DNA of 64,000 nt from an uncultured Pseudomonadales bacterium (GCA_964645645.1 CAZYBC010000003.1:13369-77368), one strand, 5' to 3'; shown: positions 19,734 to 29,502, counted from the first letter of the stretch. Translations and numbers: made by a program. The notes: generated by a model not told the origin, from the sequence alone.

Positions 19734-20762
19734 CTAGGCTTTATTTAAACTAAGTGTAAAAACACTACCTTTACCTAATTGGCTAGCTACTTTTAATGAG
19801 CCTTGATGTTTATCAACAATAGCCTTAGCAATTGCTAAACCCAAACCTACTCCTTGCTTAGCAGTTCTAGCTGTATCAACTTGATAAAAACGTTCAAAAA
19901 TTTTATTAAGATGCTCTTTAGCAATTCCATCACCAAAGTCTTGAACAGCAAAATTAACCTGATTCTTCTGACTCAATATCAATTTAATTGAAGCTCCTTT
20001 TTTAGAATGCTTAATTGCATTATCCAACAAAATTGTTATTACCTGAGTAAAGGCGGCTGGCTCAACTCTTACAAAATGATCTTTTTTATCTGATTCCACT
20101 AAAATTTTAATTTTCTTATTTTTAATTAAAGCCCGTAAATTTAATAAGGCTTGATCTAATAAAGAATCTAAAGCTAAAACTTGAAATTGATAAATAGCCG
20201 TTTCATTTTTGGCCAAATCTAATAAACTTTGAGTTAATAGTTCTAATCTTTTAACATCTTCTAAATAGCTAATTAAAAGTTGTTGAGTTTTTGCTGGCAA
20301 CTTTTGATCTAATAAATCTGCCTCAATCCCTGTTTTTAAGGCTGTTAGAGGTGTTCTTAATTCATGGGCTGCATCGCTAACAAAGCGCTGTTGTTGTTCT
20401 AACGACTCTTGCAATGGCGCTAAAGTTTTCCCTGAAACATAAAAACTCGCTAATAAAATAATAGCGCCAATATAAAGATTAATTAATAAAATTTGTTCTA
20501 ATAAATCTTGACGAATTTTTAAATAATCTTCTGGGGCTACTCGCCAATTTCTTAACAAACCGGCTGGAGGAGGATTTAAAGGCTGGTTAAACTGATTCTG
20601 TAAGCGATCTTGCCAATGTTCAAATTGAGTTTTTAAAATTCCATTCACACGCCAATAAAGTAAGGCAGAAATTGTGCCAGTAATTGTTAAAGTAATTAAT
20701 GTATAAAGTAAACTTAATTTTAACCTAGCTAAAAAAAAGGTTTTTTTATTTTGTGTATTCAT
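19734..20762 (-). CDS. sensor histidine kinase
   Basis: N-terminal transmembrane segments, H-box HELRTPLTAL, N-box LLDNAIKHS, G-boxes DFGDGI and GVGLGLAIAK. Confidence 0.8.
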   Translation of the reverse strand: MNTQNKKTFFLARLKLSLLYTLITLTITGTISALLYWRVNGILKTQFEHWQDRLQNQFNQPLNPPPAGLLRNWRVAPEDYLKIRQDLLEQILLINLYIGAIILLASFYVSGKTLAPLQESLEQQQRFVSDAAHELRTPLTALKTGIEADLLDQKLPAKTQQLLISYLEDVKRLELLTQSLLDLAKNETAIYQFQVLALDSLLDQALLNLRALIKNKKIKILVESDKKDHFVRVEPAAFTQVITILLDNAIKHSKKGASIKLILSQKNQVNFAVQDFGDGIAKEHLNKIFERFYQVDTARTAKQGVGLGLAIAKAIVDKHQGSLKVASQLGKGSVFTLSLNKA

Positions 20763-21438
20763 CTGGTACTTTCAAAGCATAACCAAAACCACGCTTGGTT
20801 AAGATTAATGCTGGTAAGTGTTGAAAGGCTTGATCAATTTTTTTTCTTAAATAACCCAAATAAACTTGAGCGGTATTAGCTAAAACATTGTCTTCATAAG
20901 CCCAAACTTTTTCTACCAATTCATCCGCACTAAAAAAACGATTGGGATTACGCATTAAAAATTCTAATAATAAATATTCTTTTCGACTTAAATCAATTTT
21001 TTGCTTAGCTCTTTTAACTTCTTGAGTGTCAAAATTCAACTCTAAATCAACTATTTTGAGCATCTCTTGTTTATTGATTTTTGGTCTTCTAGTTAAAGCT
21101 TTAAGTCTAGCCAGTAATTCAGCAAAGGCAAATGGTTTTGCTAAATAATCATCTGCTCCAGCTTCTAAACCTTCTACTTTATCATTAATCATGGTTTTAG
21201 CAGTTAACATTAAAATGGGAGTAAAATTTTGTTTTTCTCGTAACTTTTGACAAACACTTAAACCATCTAAACTTGGCAACATTCGATCTAAAATAATCAC
21301 TTGATAATAATCATCTAAGGCCATTTCCAGACCAGTTATTCCATCTTCAGCCACATCAACGACATAGTTTTTAAACTCTAAACCTTTTTTAAGGTTGCTG
21401 GCAATTTTAGCATCATCCTCAATAATTAAAATTTTCAT
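20746..21438 (-). CDS. OmpR-family response regulator
   Basis: Receiver domain (IIEDD, D in ILDRMLP, Thr, Lys-Pro) plus a C-terminal winged-helix with GFGYAL; overlaps the kinase start. Confidence 0.85.
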   Translation of the reverse strand: MKILIIEDDAKIASNLKKGLEFKNYVVDVAEDGITGLEMALDDYYQVIILDRMLPSLDGLSVCQKLREKQNFTPILMLTAKTMINDKVEGLEAGADDYLAKPFAFAELLARLKALTRRPKINKQEMLKIVDLELNFDTQEVKRAKQKIDLSRKEYLLLEFLMRNPNRFFSADELVEKVWAYEDNVLANTAQVYLGYLRKKIDQAFQHLPALILTKRGFGYALKVPDEYTK

Positions 21439-21446
21439 AATAATTT

Positions 21447-21575
21447 CTTAATCTATACTCTTTCTAAACGCACCGCAGGCGGAATGGTTTAGAAAGAGTA
21501 TAGATTAAGTTCATATTTTCATATCTTTTCTAAACACATCGCGAGCAGAATGGTTTAAAAAAAAATATAGATTAA
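21447..21575. repeat. long hairpin with conserved loop (CATTCCGCCTGCGGTG family, inverted orientation) plus a degenerate second copy
   Basis: The 23-bp arms cttaatctatactctttctaaac / gtttagaaagagtatagattaag flank the loop gcaccgcaggcggaatg. A second related unit follows at 21523-21575. Confidence 0.5.
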
Positions 21576-21615
21576 GTTTATATTTTAGTAGATTAACTTA
21601 AAATTATCTTGAGAA

Positions 21616-23457
21616 TCAGTCTTTTTTCTCAGCTTCTACTAAGTCACAAATTTGATATAAGCTAACTTGATTAAAACCTCTATCTTGGTAATATTCTTTG
21701 GTGCCAATGGCAGAAATAACCGCTAACTTTTGATAACCAGCTGCTTGAGCTAATTTTTTAGCTTCAATAATTAATTTGCTACCAAATCCACCATGTTGAG
21801 CCAAATGTTGATCTTTTTTACCTAAAGCCGCTGTAACTCCATAAACGTGAACTTCACGGATCATCGCTGATTGATTCAATTCTGGCAAAAGAATAGGCTG
21901 ATTCTTTTTGGGTAAACTTAAACGCAAAAAAGCTAAAATCTTTTGATTGTTTTTTAAGATGAATTGCAAAAAAATCTCCTGACTAACAGCTGTTTCATAA
22001 ACAATTTGATCTAAAACCACATCATCTAAATTAAATTGCTCACGCCGAATTTCTCTTGCTCTAATATTCTGCGATTCTTGATGAAGTTTAGCTAAATAAT
22101 CTTGGGCAATCTGTCGGAAATTAGTTTTTTTATTTCCCACAACGATATTTTGCGAAGGAATATCCCTAATTACTCTCGTAATTCGGCAATAAGCCGGTGT
22201 ATTTTGTAACGCAAAACTAACTACCGCCAATAATTCTTCTTCAGTATATGGTTGCCATAAACCTTGCTGATATTTTTCCACTAAAGGAGCGCTGGCTAAT
22301 AAAGAGCAAGGATAAATCTTAATTTCATCTGGTCTAAAAGCTGGATCAGCAAAAATTTTTAAATAATCTTGCTGATCTTTTTGAGGGTCGCTGCCATATA
22401 AATTAGCCATCCAATGAATATGAATTTTAAAACCGGCCAAACGCAATAAAGCAAAAGCCTGTTTAGTCTGAGCCACAGTATGACCACGTTGATTTTTAGC
22501 TAAAACCTCATCATCCAAACTTTGCACGCCGATTTGCACTTTAGTACAGCCCAAACGGCGTAATTGTAAAACTCGCTGGGGAGTAATTCTATCTGGACGA
22601 GTTTCTAAAACTAAACCAACACAGCGCTTTTGCGCCTTTTGGTTAGTGGCTTGTTCAACTTCCAAGTCTGCCCAATCAGCTTGTTGATAAATATCTAAGC
22701 CCACCGCTTTTTCTGGACCAAGATATAATTCTTCCACAATTTGATTAAAACGTTGCGTTTTATTTTTGGCTGATAAATTCTTTTCTAACTGAATTTGATT
22801 TTTTTCTGGATTACTACTGCGAGCAAAAAAACCTAACTGCTCAGATTTTTTAGAAAAATTTTCATATAACTGTTCAATTTTTTGACAATCATTATTAACC
22901 CCAAATTCATTCATCGCCCGAAAACATTCTTTAATAAACCAAATTTGATAAGCGAGCGGATAATAATCCCATGTTCCACCCAAAACAATTAACTCTACTT
23001 TATCAATAGTATGACCCATTGCTTGTAGAGATTCCAAACGGCGATAGACTTGCAAATAAGGATCAAAAAAATTCCGCTCAGCCCGTTGCGCACCTGGCTC
23101 ATCAGCTAAATAACTTTTAGGCATGCGTAAATCATTAGGACAAAATAGACAATTGCCAGGACAAGGATAAGGTTTAGTGAGCACTGTTACAGGCGCTACT
23201 CCAGAGCTAGTGCGAATTGGTTTCATCTGCAATTGCGCCACAAATTGTGGATTAAAAGCTTGAAGGCCATGACTACCAGCCAACGCTCGATAAGCGGTAA
23301 TTAAATCAGTTTGCGAAAATAAATGCCCATTTACTTGAGGATATTTTTTCTTTAAGCGTTGTAATTCATCACCACTAAGCGGCAAATTTTTTTCTAGTTG
23401 CTTTAACAAGTCCAGAATCACTGGTAAATGTTTAGTATAATCAAAATTATGAGCCAT
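21616..23457 (-). CDS. Elp3-family radical SAM/GNAT protein (tRNA uridine-34 carboxymethyl/acetyl-transferase-like)
   Basis: CPGNCLFCPND radical-SAM Cys motif, followed by DPYLQVYRRLESLQAMGHTIDKVELIVLGGTW, which closely parallels the Elp3 block [32 protein letters not shown]. C-terminal GNAT-like region. Confidence 0.8.
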   Translation of the reverse strand: MAHNFDYTKHLPVILDLLKQLEKNLPLSGDELQRLKKKYPQVNGHLFSQTDLITAYRALAGSHGLQAFNPQFVAQLQMKPIRTSSGVAPVTVLTKPYPCPGNCLFCPNDLRMPKSYLADEPGAQRAERNFFDPYLQVYRRLESLQAMGHTIDKVELIVLGGTWDYYPLAYQIWFIKECFRAMNEFGVNNDCQKIEQLYENFSKKSEQLGFFARSSNPEKNQIQLEKNLSAKNKTQRFNQIVEELYLGPEKAVGLDIYQQADWADLEVEQATNQKAQKRCVGLVLETRPDRITPQRVLQLRRLGCTKVQIGVQSLDDEVLAKNQRGHTVAQTKQAFALLRLAGFKIHIHWMANLYGSDPQKDQQDYLKIFADPAFRPDEIKIYPCSLLASAPLVEKYQQGLWQPYTEEELLAVVSFALQNTPAYCRITRVIRDIPSQNIVVGNKKTNFRQIAQDYLAKLHQESQNIRAREIRREQFNLDDVVLDQIVYETAVSQEIFLQFILKNNQKILAFLRLSLPKKNQPILLPELNQSAMIREVHVYGVTAALGKKDQHLAQHGGFGSKLIIEAKKLAQAAGYQKLAVISAIGTKEYYQDRGFNQVSLYQICDLVEAEKKD

Positions 23458-23487
23458 GATCTAATTATACCTGGCTAGTAAAGCAAA

Positions 23488-24246
23488 ATGGACTTACAAA
23501 CAATTTCAACCCTCAATCAGCTTAATCAAACTTTCTACCAAACAGTGGCTCAAGACTTTAGTAACACCCGTAATTATTCTTGGCCTGGCTGGGAAAAACT
23601 ATTACCAAGCATTACCGAATTGCTAAAAAACAAAAAAACTATTCGCGTCTTAGACCTTGGTTGCGGGAATGGTCGCTTTGCGTTATTTTTAGCCCAACAC
23701 TTTGCTGGACAAATTGATTATTTAGGTTTAGATAGTGACGAACAATTATTATCAATTGCTCAAAAAAAATTAAGCGATCAAAACATCAAGACAAAATTTG
23801 AACAATTTGATTTAGTGGAAAATTTACTAAATCAGCAATTAACTGATAAGCTCACAGAAAAATTTGATCTGATTGTAATGTTTGGGGTCATTCATCATTT
23901 ACCAGCTTTACAACTTCGCCAACAGTTAATGAGTAGTTTAAATAGTTTATTAAATCATGATGGATTATTAATTTTTAGCTGTTGGCAATTTGCCAAAGAC
24001 GAAAGATTTAAAGATAGAGTAGTGGATCCTAAAAACTTAAAAATTGATCCCCAAAATTTAGAACATAACGACTATATTTTAGATTGGAAGCAAGGCCAAA
24101 CCGCTTATCGCTACTGTCATTTTGTTGATGAACAAGAATTGGCTAATTTAACTAACTCTGCCAATTGGCAAACTCAACAAACTTTTTTAGCCGACGGGAA
24201 AAGCGGTCAGCTAAATTTATATTGGGTAGGGGAATTGGGGAAATAA
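23488..24246 (+). CDS. class I SAM-dependent methyltransferase
   Basis: Motif I VLDLGCGNGRFALFLA, and post-I acidic D in LGLDSDE. Confidence 0.65.
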   Translation: MDLQTISTLNQLNQTFYQTVAQDFSNTRNYSWPGWEKLLPSITELLKNKKTIRVLDLGCGNGRFALFLAQHFAGQIDYLGLDSDEQLLSIAQKKLSDQNIKTKFEQFDLVENLLNQQLTDKLTEKFDLIVMFGVIHHLPALQLRQQLMSSLNSLLNHDGLLIFSCWQFAKDERFKDRVVDPKNLKIDPQNLEHNDYILDWKQGQTAYRYCHFVDEQELANLTNSANWQTQQTFLADGKSGQLNLYWVGELGK

Positions 24247-24511
24247 TCTTTGCTTGATTTGCTTGGCTTCGCCAAGAGATCTGCGCAAAGATTATTTCCC
24301 CAATTTATCATTCTGCCCTCGGTGTGTTTAATTAGAATAGCTAATATTAGATCTTGTAAATCGTTCCACTCGCGGTGCGTTTAACTAGGAAACTAATACT
24401 ATACTTTTCAAATCATTCCGCTTCTTGCGGGGCATTTAATTAGAATAGCTAATATTAGATCTTGTAAATCGTTCCGCCTGCGGCGTATTTACAAGATCTA
24501 ATATTAGAGAA
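24247..24511. repeat. composite repeat locus: conserved ~45-nt leader plus four hairpin/loop units of the CATTCCGCCTGCGGTG family
   Basis: Begins ttgcttgatttgcttggcttcgccaagagatctgcgcaaag, ~90% identical to 52495-52540. Contains the units cattctgccctcggtgtgtttaattag, cgttccactcgcggtgcgtttaactag, cattccgcttcttgcggggcatttaattag and cgttccgcctgcggcgtatttacaag. The last 21-bp-stem hairpin spans 24449-24507. Confidence 0.55.
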
Positions 24512-25726
24512 TCATTCATATCTCAGCGCATCAATTGGTTGTAAGTTAGCTGCTTTATTAGCTGGATAAATTCCAAACACTAAACCAATTAAGGCTGACA
24601 CTCCAAAAGCCAAACCGATTGATGAACCATTGACACTAAAAGGTAAACTCATACTTTTAGCTAAAAAGTAAGAAACACCAACTCCCATTAAAATGCCAAT
24701 AATTCCTCCAATGGCAGTAATTAAAATTGTTTCAATTAAAAATTGATAAACAATAATTTTTTTCTTAGCCCCCAAGGCTTTGCGTAAACCAATTTCTCTG
24801 GTTCTTTCTGTCACCGTTACCAACATAATATTCATAATCCCAATTCCACCAACCACCAAAGAAATAGCCGCAATGCCAGATAATAAAGTAACAAAAGTAG
24901 AAGTCACTTCAGTCATGGTTGATAAGATTTCTTCCTGAGACATAATATTAAAATCAGCTGAAGCTTCATCAACAATCTGGTGTCGCTGCATTAAAAGTTG
25001 AGTAATATCTGCTTGTAATTGAGTCATCACTTCTTCATTGCTTGCACTCACAGATAAACTACTTAAATAATCCTGACCAAATAAAACTTTTTGTGCCACT
25101 GTAATTGGCACAAAAACTGTTTCGTCTGCGCTTCCGACCATATTTCCGCCCTTACTTTTGCTTACGCCAATAATAGTAAATGATTGATTATTAATTCTAA
25201 TTTTTTCCCCAATAGCATTGGCTCCTTCGCCAAATAAATCTTCAACCACAGTTGGTCCTACCACTGCTACTTTTTTAAGCCCGATAATTTGACTGGTTGA
25301 AAAAAAGCTACCACTCGCAATTTCTAAATTATTAACCGTTGGATAATCAATCGTAACTCCATAAACACTATTATTACTATTATTTCTGCCAGCCACTAAT
25401 TGAGCATTTCCAGAAATCAATGGGGCAATAGCTTGAACATTATCTAATTGAGCAACTGCTTCAGCATCATCCATAGTTAATGTGGTAGAGCTACCAAAGC
25501 TACTTCTTACCCCGCCACTTCTGGCTGCACCAGGACGAATAGTTAATAAATTAGCTCCCAAAGATTGAATATTATTAGTAATACTTTTTTGTGAAGATTG
25601 ACCTAAAGACATTAAAGCAATCACACTGCCAATGCCAATAATTACTCCCAACATAGCTAAACCGGTGCGAATTTTATTAACTGTTAAAGTAGTAGTGCTT
25701 TCACTAACAAGTTCAAAAATGTCCAT
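24512..25726 (-). CDS. ABC transporter permease, MacB/FtsX family
   Basis: N-terminal transmembrane helix, large periplasmic domain, C-terminal FtsX-type four-helix region. Confidence 0.8.
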   Translation of the reverse strand: MDIFELVSESTTTLTVNKIRTGLAMLGVIIGIGSVIALMSLGQSSQKSITNNIQSLGANLLTIRPGAARSGGVRSSFGSSTTLTMDDAEAVAQLDNVQAIAPLISGNAQLVAGRNNSNNSVYGVTIDYPTVNNLEIASGSFFSTSQIIGLKKVAVVGPTVVEDLFGEGANAIGEKIRINNQSFTIIGVSKSKGGNMVGSADETVFVPITVAQKVLFGQDYLSSLSVSASNEEVMTQLQADITQLLMQRHQIVDEASADFNIMSQEEILSTMTEVTSTFVTLLSGIAAISLVVGGIGIMNIMLVTVTERTREIGLRKALGAKKKIIVYQFLIETILITAIGGIIGILMGVGVSYFLAKSMSLPFSVNGSSIGLAFGVSALIGLVFGIYPANKAANLQPIDALRYE

Positions 25727-25727
25727 A

Positions 25728-26414
25728 TTATTTTTTATTCTGATAATCTTTTACTAAATGACCAGCTCGGATTAATAAAATTCGTTTAGCATAAGCAGCG
25801 ATTTCTTCATCGTGAGTAATTAAAATAATGGTATGACCTTGCTTATTAAGTTGCTGCAAAGTTCTCATAATTTCATCTACATTTTTTCCAGAAATATTGC
25901 CGGTTGGTTCATCAGCTAAAATAATGCTAGGGTTCATTGCTAAAGCCCGAGCAATAGCAACACGTTGTTTTTGTCCACCGGATAACTGATTAGATTTGTG
26001 ATACATTCTGTCTTCTAAACCAACCAAAGCTAAGTATTTTTTAGCTAAATTTTCTCTTTTATCTTTAGCAATATCACCATACATCATCGGAATTATTACA
26101 TTGCGTAAAGAAGTAGTACGAGGTAATAAATTAAATGACTGAAAAACAAAACCAATTTTTTTGTTACGGATTTCTGCCAACTGGTCATCTTTTAATTCAC
26201 TCACTTTTTCGCCATCTAAATAATATTCACCACTGGTGGGAATGTCTAATGCTCCAAGAATATGCATTAATGTAGATTTACCAGAACCAGAAGGACCCAT
26301 GATGGCCACAAATTCACCTTTTTTAATCTCGAAATTAATCTCTTTTAAAGCATGAGTTTCAATATCATCTACTTTATAAACTTTAGATAGATTTTTAATT
26401 TTAATTAATGACAT
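25728..26414 (-). CDS. ABC transporter ATP-binding protein (MacB/LolD-type)
   Basis: Walker [10 protein letters not shown], signature [15 protein letters not shown], and Walker [10 protein letters not shown]. Confidence 0.85.
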   Translation of the reverse strand: MSLIKIKNLSKVYKVDDIETHALKEINFEIKKGEFVAIMGPSGSGKSTLMHILGALDIPTSGEYYLDGEKVSELKDDQLAEIRNKKIGFVFQSFNLLPRTTSLRNVIIPMMYGDIAKDKRENLAKKYLALVGLEDRMYHKSNQLSGGQKQRVAIARALAMNPSIILADEPTGNISGKNVDEIMRTLQQLNKQGHTIILITHDEEIAAYAKRILLIRAGHLVKDYQNKK

Positions 26415-26428
26415 AACTTTATTTGGAT

Positions 26429-27742
26429 TTAATCACGATGATTAGTCATCAGCCCTCTAACCTGACCACCGCCCATTCCACCTCCAACAGGAATTAAACT
26501 AGAAGGTCTTTGCTCATTATTATTTGGGGTTTTGGTAGAAGTAGCTGAAGTTGATCCATTTTGTAAAATCACAATATCACCTTCTGACAAACCATTCGTA
26601 ATTTCTACTTGCGTATCATTTTCTAAACCTGTTTCTACTGCGCGTATTTCTTCGTTACCATTTACTTGTACTTTTACAAATTTTTTATCTCTAAGAGTTG
26701 TCACAGCAGACAGAGGGATAACAACTACATCTTTACGGCTATCTAAAACAATTTGCGCATTAACAGCCATATTGGTTAAAATTTTGTCCAAATTTTCCTG
26801 GCTGTCAAATTTAATTAAAACTGGATATTGAGTCACATTGCTAGTGACACTGCCAACTCTATCCACCGCTACCACTGTACCAATGTAAGTTAAATCTTCT
26901 AAACTATCTAAAGTTAAAGTGACTTGCTGACCAACTTTTATCTGCCCAATATCAACTTCACTAACATTAAATAAGGCAATGGGAGTACCTTGGGTTTGAA
27001 TTTTTGCTACAGTTTGGCTAGAAGCATTACCGCTACTACCTTCACTATATGAAATAGTTAAACCTTCGGCTAAATTCATCCCCACAATTTTGCCATCAAC
27101 TGGAGCTGTGACAGTAGCTTGATAAAGCTGATAATTATACCAAGCATTAGAAACCGAAGCTTGAGATTGAGCAACAGCTTGTTGCTGACTAAGATAAGTT
27201 TGTTCAGCAGCTAGCCAATCACGATTAGTTTGAATATAAATAGGATCATCAACTGACAATTCAGTGTCTAAAGCTTTAGATTCAAAAGTTTCATGAGCTG
27301 CCCACATGCTTGATTCTAAAGATAATTTTTTAGTTTTTGAGCTATCTAATGAATTTTTAGCTGACAAATAACTCGCCCAAGCTGAAGACTGGCTAGTAAT
27401 ACCTTCACTATCTAAAGTAATTTCTGCTAATTTATCTCCAGCTTTAACTTGCTGCCCATCAGTGACATAAACTTTGCTAACTACACCGCTTGCTTTAGTT
27501 AAAACGGAAATTAAATTAGATTGTTCAATTTGCCCAGATAAATCTAAAGCTTGAAAAATATCTGATTTTTGAACTGAAAGAGTCTGGATTTTAACAGTCT
27601 GATCATTGCTCTGTTTTTTAGCTATTTGCCAAATACCTACGCCAACTCCAGCCACAATTATTAAGGCCAAAATTTTAAATTTCCAATTCCATTTAAAAGG
27701 ATTTGACCAATGTGATTTAAAAAAATTAAAAACTTTTTTCAT
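26429..27742 (-). CDS. HlyD-family membrane fusion/periplasmic adaptor protein (MacA-like)
   Basis: N-terminal membrane anchor with coiled-coil and beta-barrel/lipoyl-like regions. Operonic with the MacB-type permease and ATPase. Gly-rich C-terminal tail. Confidence 0.65.
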   Translation of the reverse strand: MKKVFNFFKSHWSNPFKWNWKFKILALIIVAGVGVGIWQIAKKQSNDQTVKIQTLSVQKSDIFQALDLSGQIEQSNLISVLTKASGVVSKVYVTDGQQVKAGDKLAEITLDSEGITSQSSAWASYLSAKNSLDSSKTKKLSLESSMWAAHETFESKALDTELSVDDPIYIQTNRDWLAAEQTYLSQQQAVAQSQASVSNAWYNYQLYQATVTAPVDGKIVGMNLAEGLTISYSEGSSGNASSQTVAKIQTQGTPIALFNVSEVDIGQIKVGQQVTLTLDSLEDLTYIGTVVAVDRVGSVTSNVTQYPVLIKFDSQENLDKILTNMAVNAQIVLDSRKDVVVIPLSAVTTLRDKKFVKVQVNGNEEIRAVETGLENDTQVEITNGLSEGDIVILQNGSTSATSTKTPNNNEQRPSSLIPVGGGMGGGQVRGLMTNHRD

Positions 27743-27835
27743 GATTGATTTCTAAAAAATAATATTTCGAGATTTAGCCATAATCATAAAAAAAATTTTT
27801 GAGAATAAATTGAGAAACTAGGTATAATTAAAAAA

Positions 27836-27860
27836 AGCCTGTGGTTTTAAGGTCACAGGC
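27836..27860 (-). terminator. intrinsic terminator for the minus-strand cupin/SDR operon
   Basis: Hairpin gcctgtgg-N8-tcacaggc; on the minus strand it is followed by a T-run. Confidence 0.4.
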
Positions 27861-27887
27861 TTTAATTTATTTCTTTTAAAATGAAAA

Positions 27888-28268
27888 TTATTCAGCTTTT
27901 TCTGCTTCTAAAGCATCTGCTTTAGTGGGATGCACAGTGCCATCTGGATGATGGGCTGGAGAATAAATTGTATACATTTTAAGCATTTCGCTCACTGATA
28001 AATTAATGACATTGTGTTTAGCCCCAGCAGGAATAACCACCGCATCGCCAGCTTCAACCATAAATTCTTCGCCATCAATCACTACTTTACCAGTTCCTTC
28101 CTCAAAACGGAAAAACTGATCATTTTCTGGATGAACTTCCATGCCAATTTCTTCTAATGGTTGCAGCGCCATCAGCACTAACTGGCTATGAGGCCCGGTA
28201 TGAAGAACTTTCCTAAAAAAAGTATTATTAACAGTTTGTTCTTCAAGTTTAACAAAATATCCTGACAT
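27888..28268 (-). CDS. cupin domain protein
   Basis: Small beta-barrel protein with a DAVVIPAGAKHNVIN cupin_2-like motif. Confidence 0.6.
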   Translation of the reverse strand: MSGYFVKLEEQTVNNTFFRKVLHTGPHSQLVLMALQPLEEIGMEVHPENDQFFRFEEGTGKVVIDGEEFMVEAGDAVVIPAGAKHNVINLSVSEMLKMYTIYSPAHHPDGTVHPTKADALEAEKAE

Positions 28269-28334
28269 ATAAGTCTCCTTTTCTACAACGGCCTTAAGCC
28301 GCTAGTTAATTTAACTATACACTTTTTTTAATGT

Positions 28335-29123
28335 TTAGACAGCTGTCCAGCCACCATCAACACAAATTATCTGGCCAGTAAGATAACTGGATTCTTTGGC
28401 AGCCAATAATAATAAGGTTGTATCTAATTCTCCAGCTTTACCAATTCTTCTTTTAGGACAGCCACCTTCTACATAAGCTTTAAAATTAGGATCAGCAATT
28501 GAAGCAGCGGTCATCTCTGATTCAAAAAAACCAGGCCCAATGGCATTAACGCAGATATCACCTTTATTTGCCCATTCACCAGCTAAAGCTTTAGTTAAGC
28601 CAACCACGCCACTTTTAGCGGCATGATAATTAACTACCCCAAAAGCAGTATTTCCTACAACGCCATAAATAGAGGCAATATTTACTAATCGGCCATAACC
28701 TTTGGCTAAAAAATGTTGCCCAATGTGTTTCGCCACCAAAAACACTCCTTTTAAATTAACATTTAACACTTTATCCCAATCTTCTTGGCTCATTTGCTCG
28801 GCAGGGGAAATAGCGGAAACGCCAGCATTATTAACTAAAATATGCACTTGGCCAAATTTAGCCACCGCTTGATCAACTAAGTTTTTTACTTGAGTTTCAT
28901 CGGTAACATCGGTGGGAACAGTTAAAACTTCAACGCCCAGCTGACGAAGAGTAGTCGCTACTTGATCTAGTTTATCTTGCCGTCTAGCGGCCAAAACCAA
29001 ATTAGCCCCCTGTTTAGCTAAAGCCGTGGCAAATTGCACCCCCAAACCACTCGAGGCGCCAGTAACAATGGCAGTTTGACCAGAAAAATTGAAAAGTGGA
29101 GATGCTGAGGCAAGATTAGACAT
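28335..29123 (-). CDS. SDR-family oxidoreductase (3-oxoacyl-ACP reductase-like)
   Basis: TGASSGLG cofactor motif, NNAG, catalytic YHAAKSG (YxxxK), and IGPG. Confidence 0.85.
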   Translation of the reverse strand: MSNLASASPLFNFSGQTAIVTGASSGLGVQFATALAKQGANLVLAARRQDKLDQVATTLRQLGVEVLTVPTDVTDETQVKNLVDQAVAKFGQVHILVNNAGVSAISPAEQMSQEDWDKVLNVNLKGVFLVAKHIGQHFLAKGYGRLVNIASIYGVVGNTAFGVVNYHAAKSGVVGLTKALAGEWANKGDICVNAIGPGFFESEMTAASIADPNFKAYVEGGCPKRRIGKAGELDTTLLLLAAKESSYLTGQIICVDGGWTAV

Positions 29124-29318
29124 TGGATTCCTTAGTTATTAGCTTTATAGCGAAATAAAAGCTTAGTTCGCGATAAATTTAGATAAATTTATAAAGGTAA
29201 ATCCAGCATAACGAAAAAACAGGAGTGTGTCAAACTAAAGGGGGAGTTTTTTGATATCTAGAAAATGCACTTAACAAAAGTGCTATCGAAAATTTAATAA
29301 GGAAAAAAGTCAAAAAAA

Positions 29319-29344
29319 ATCCCCGACAAAAAAAAGTCGGGGAT
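29319..29344 (-). terminator. intrinsic terminator downstream of the small peptide gene
   Basis: Hairpin atccccgac-A8-gtcggggat; on the minus strand it is followed by TTTTTTTTG. Confidence 0.45.
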
Positions 29345-29355
29345 GGTAAGTGGGA

Positions 29356-29502
29356 TTAGTGGAACAAAACATAAGCGTAAGTGCCAAGAAAAATGGCAAT
29401 GGCTATGTGTAAAACAACCGGAATTGGCCATATTGCAATCGCAATGCAGCCGCCTAAAAGAACTATTAACATTACTAAAACTTTAGTTTTATATTTCATC
29501 AT
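29356..29502 (-). CDS. 48-aa hydrophobic peptide (MMKYKTKVLVMLIVLLGGCIAIAIWPIPVVLHIAIAIFLGTYAYVLFH), not in the ORF track
   Basis: ATGATG start preceded by a GGAGGAT ribosome-binding site 5 nt upstream. Single transmembrane-like segment. Immediately followed by a strong terminator. Confidence 0.35.
   Translation of the reverse strand: MMKYKTKVLVMLIVLLGGCIAIAIWPIPVVLHIAIAIFLGTYAYVLFH

Noticed and set aside
24290-24510. Possible CRISPR array (repeated ~50-bp units with a GC-rich core)
   Set aside because: The units are not identical direct repeats with unique spacers. They are inverted-repeat hairpins with a conserved loop, and no cas genes are present in the window.
26532-26831. 99-aa + strand ORF
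   Set aside because: Inside the HlyD-family gene on the opposite strand.
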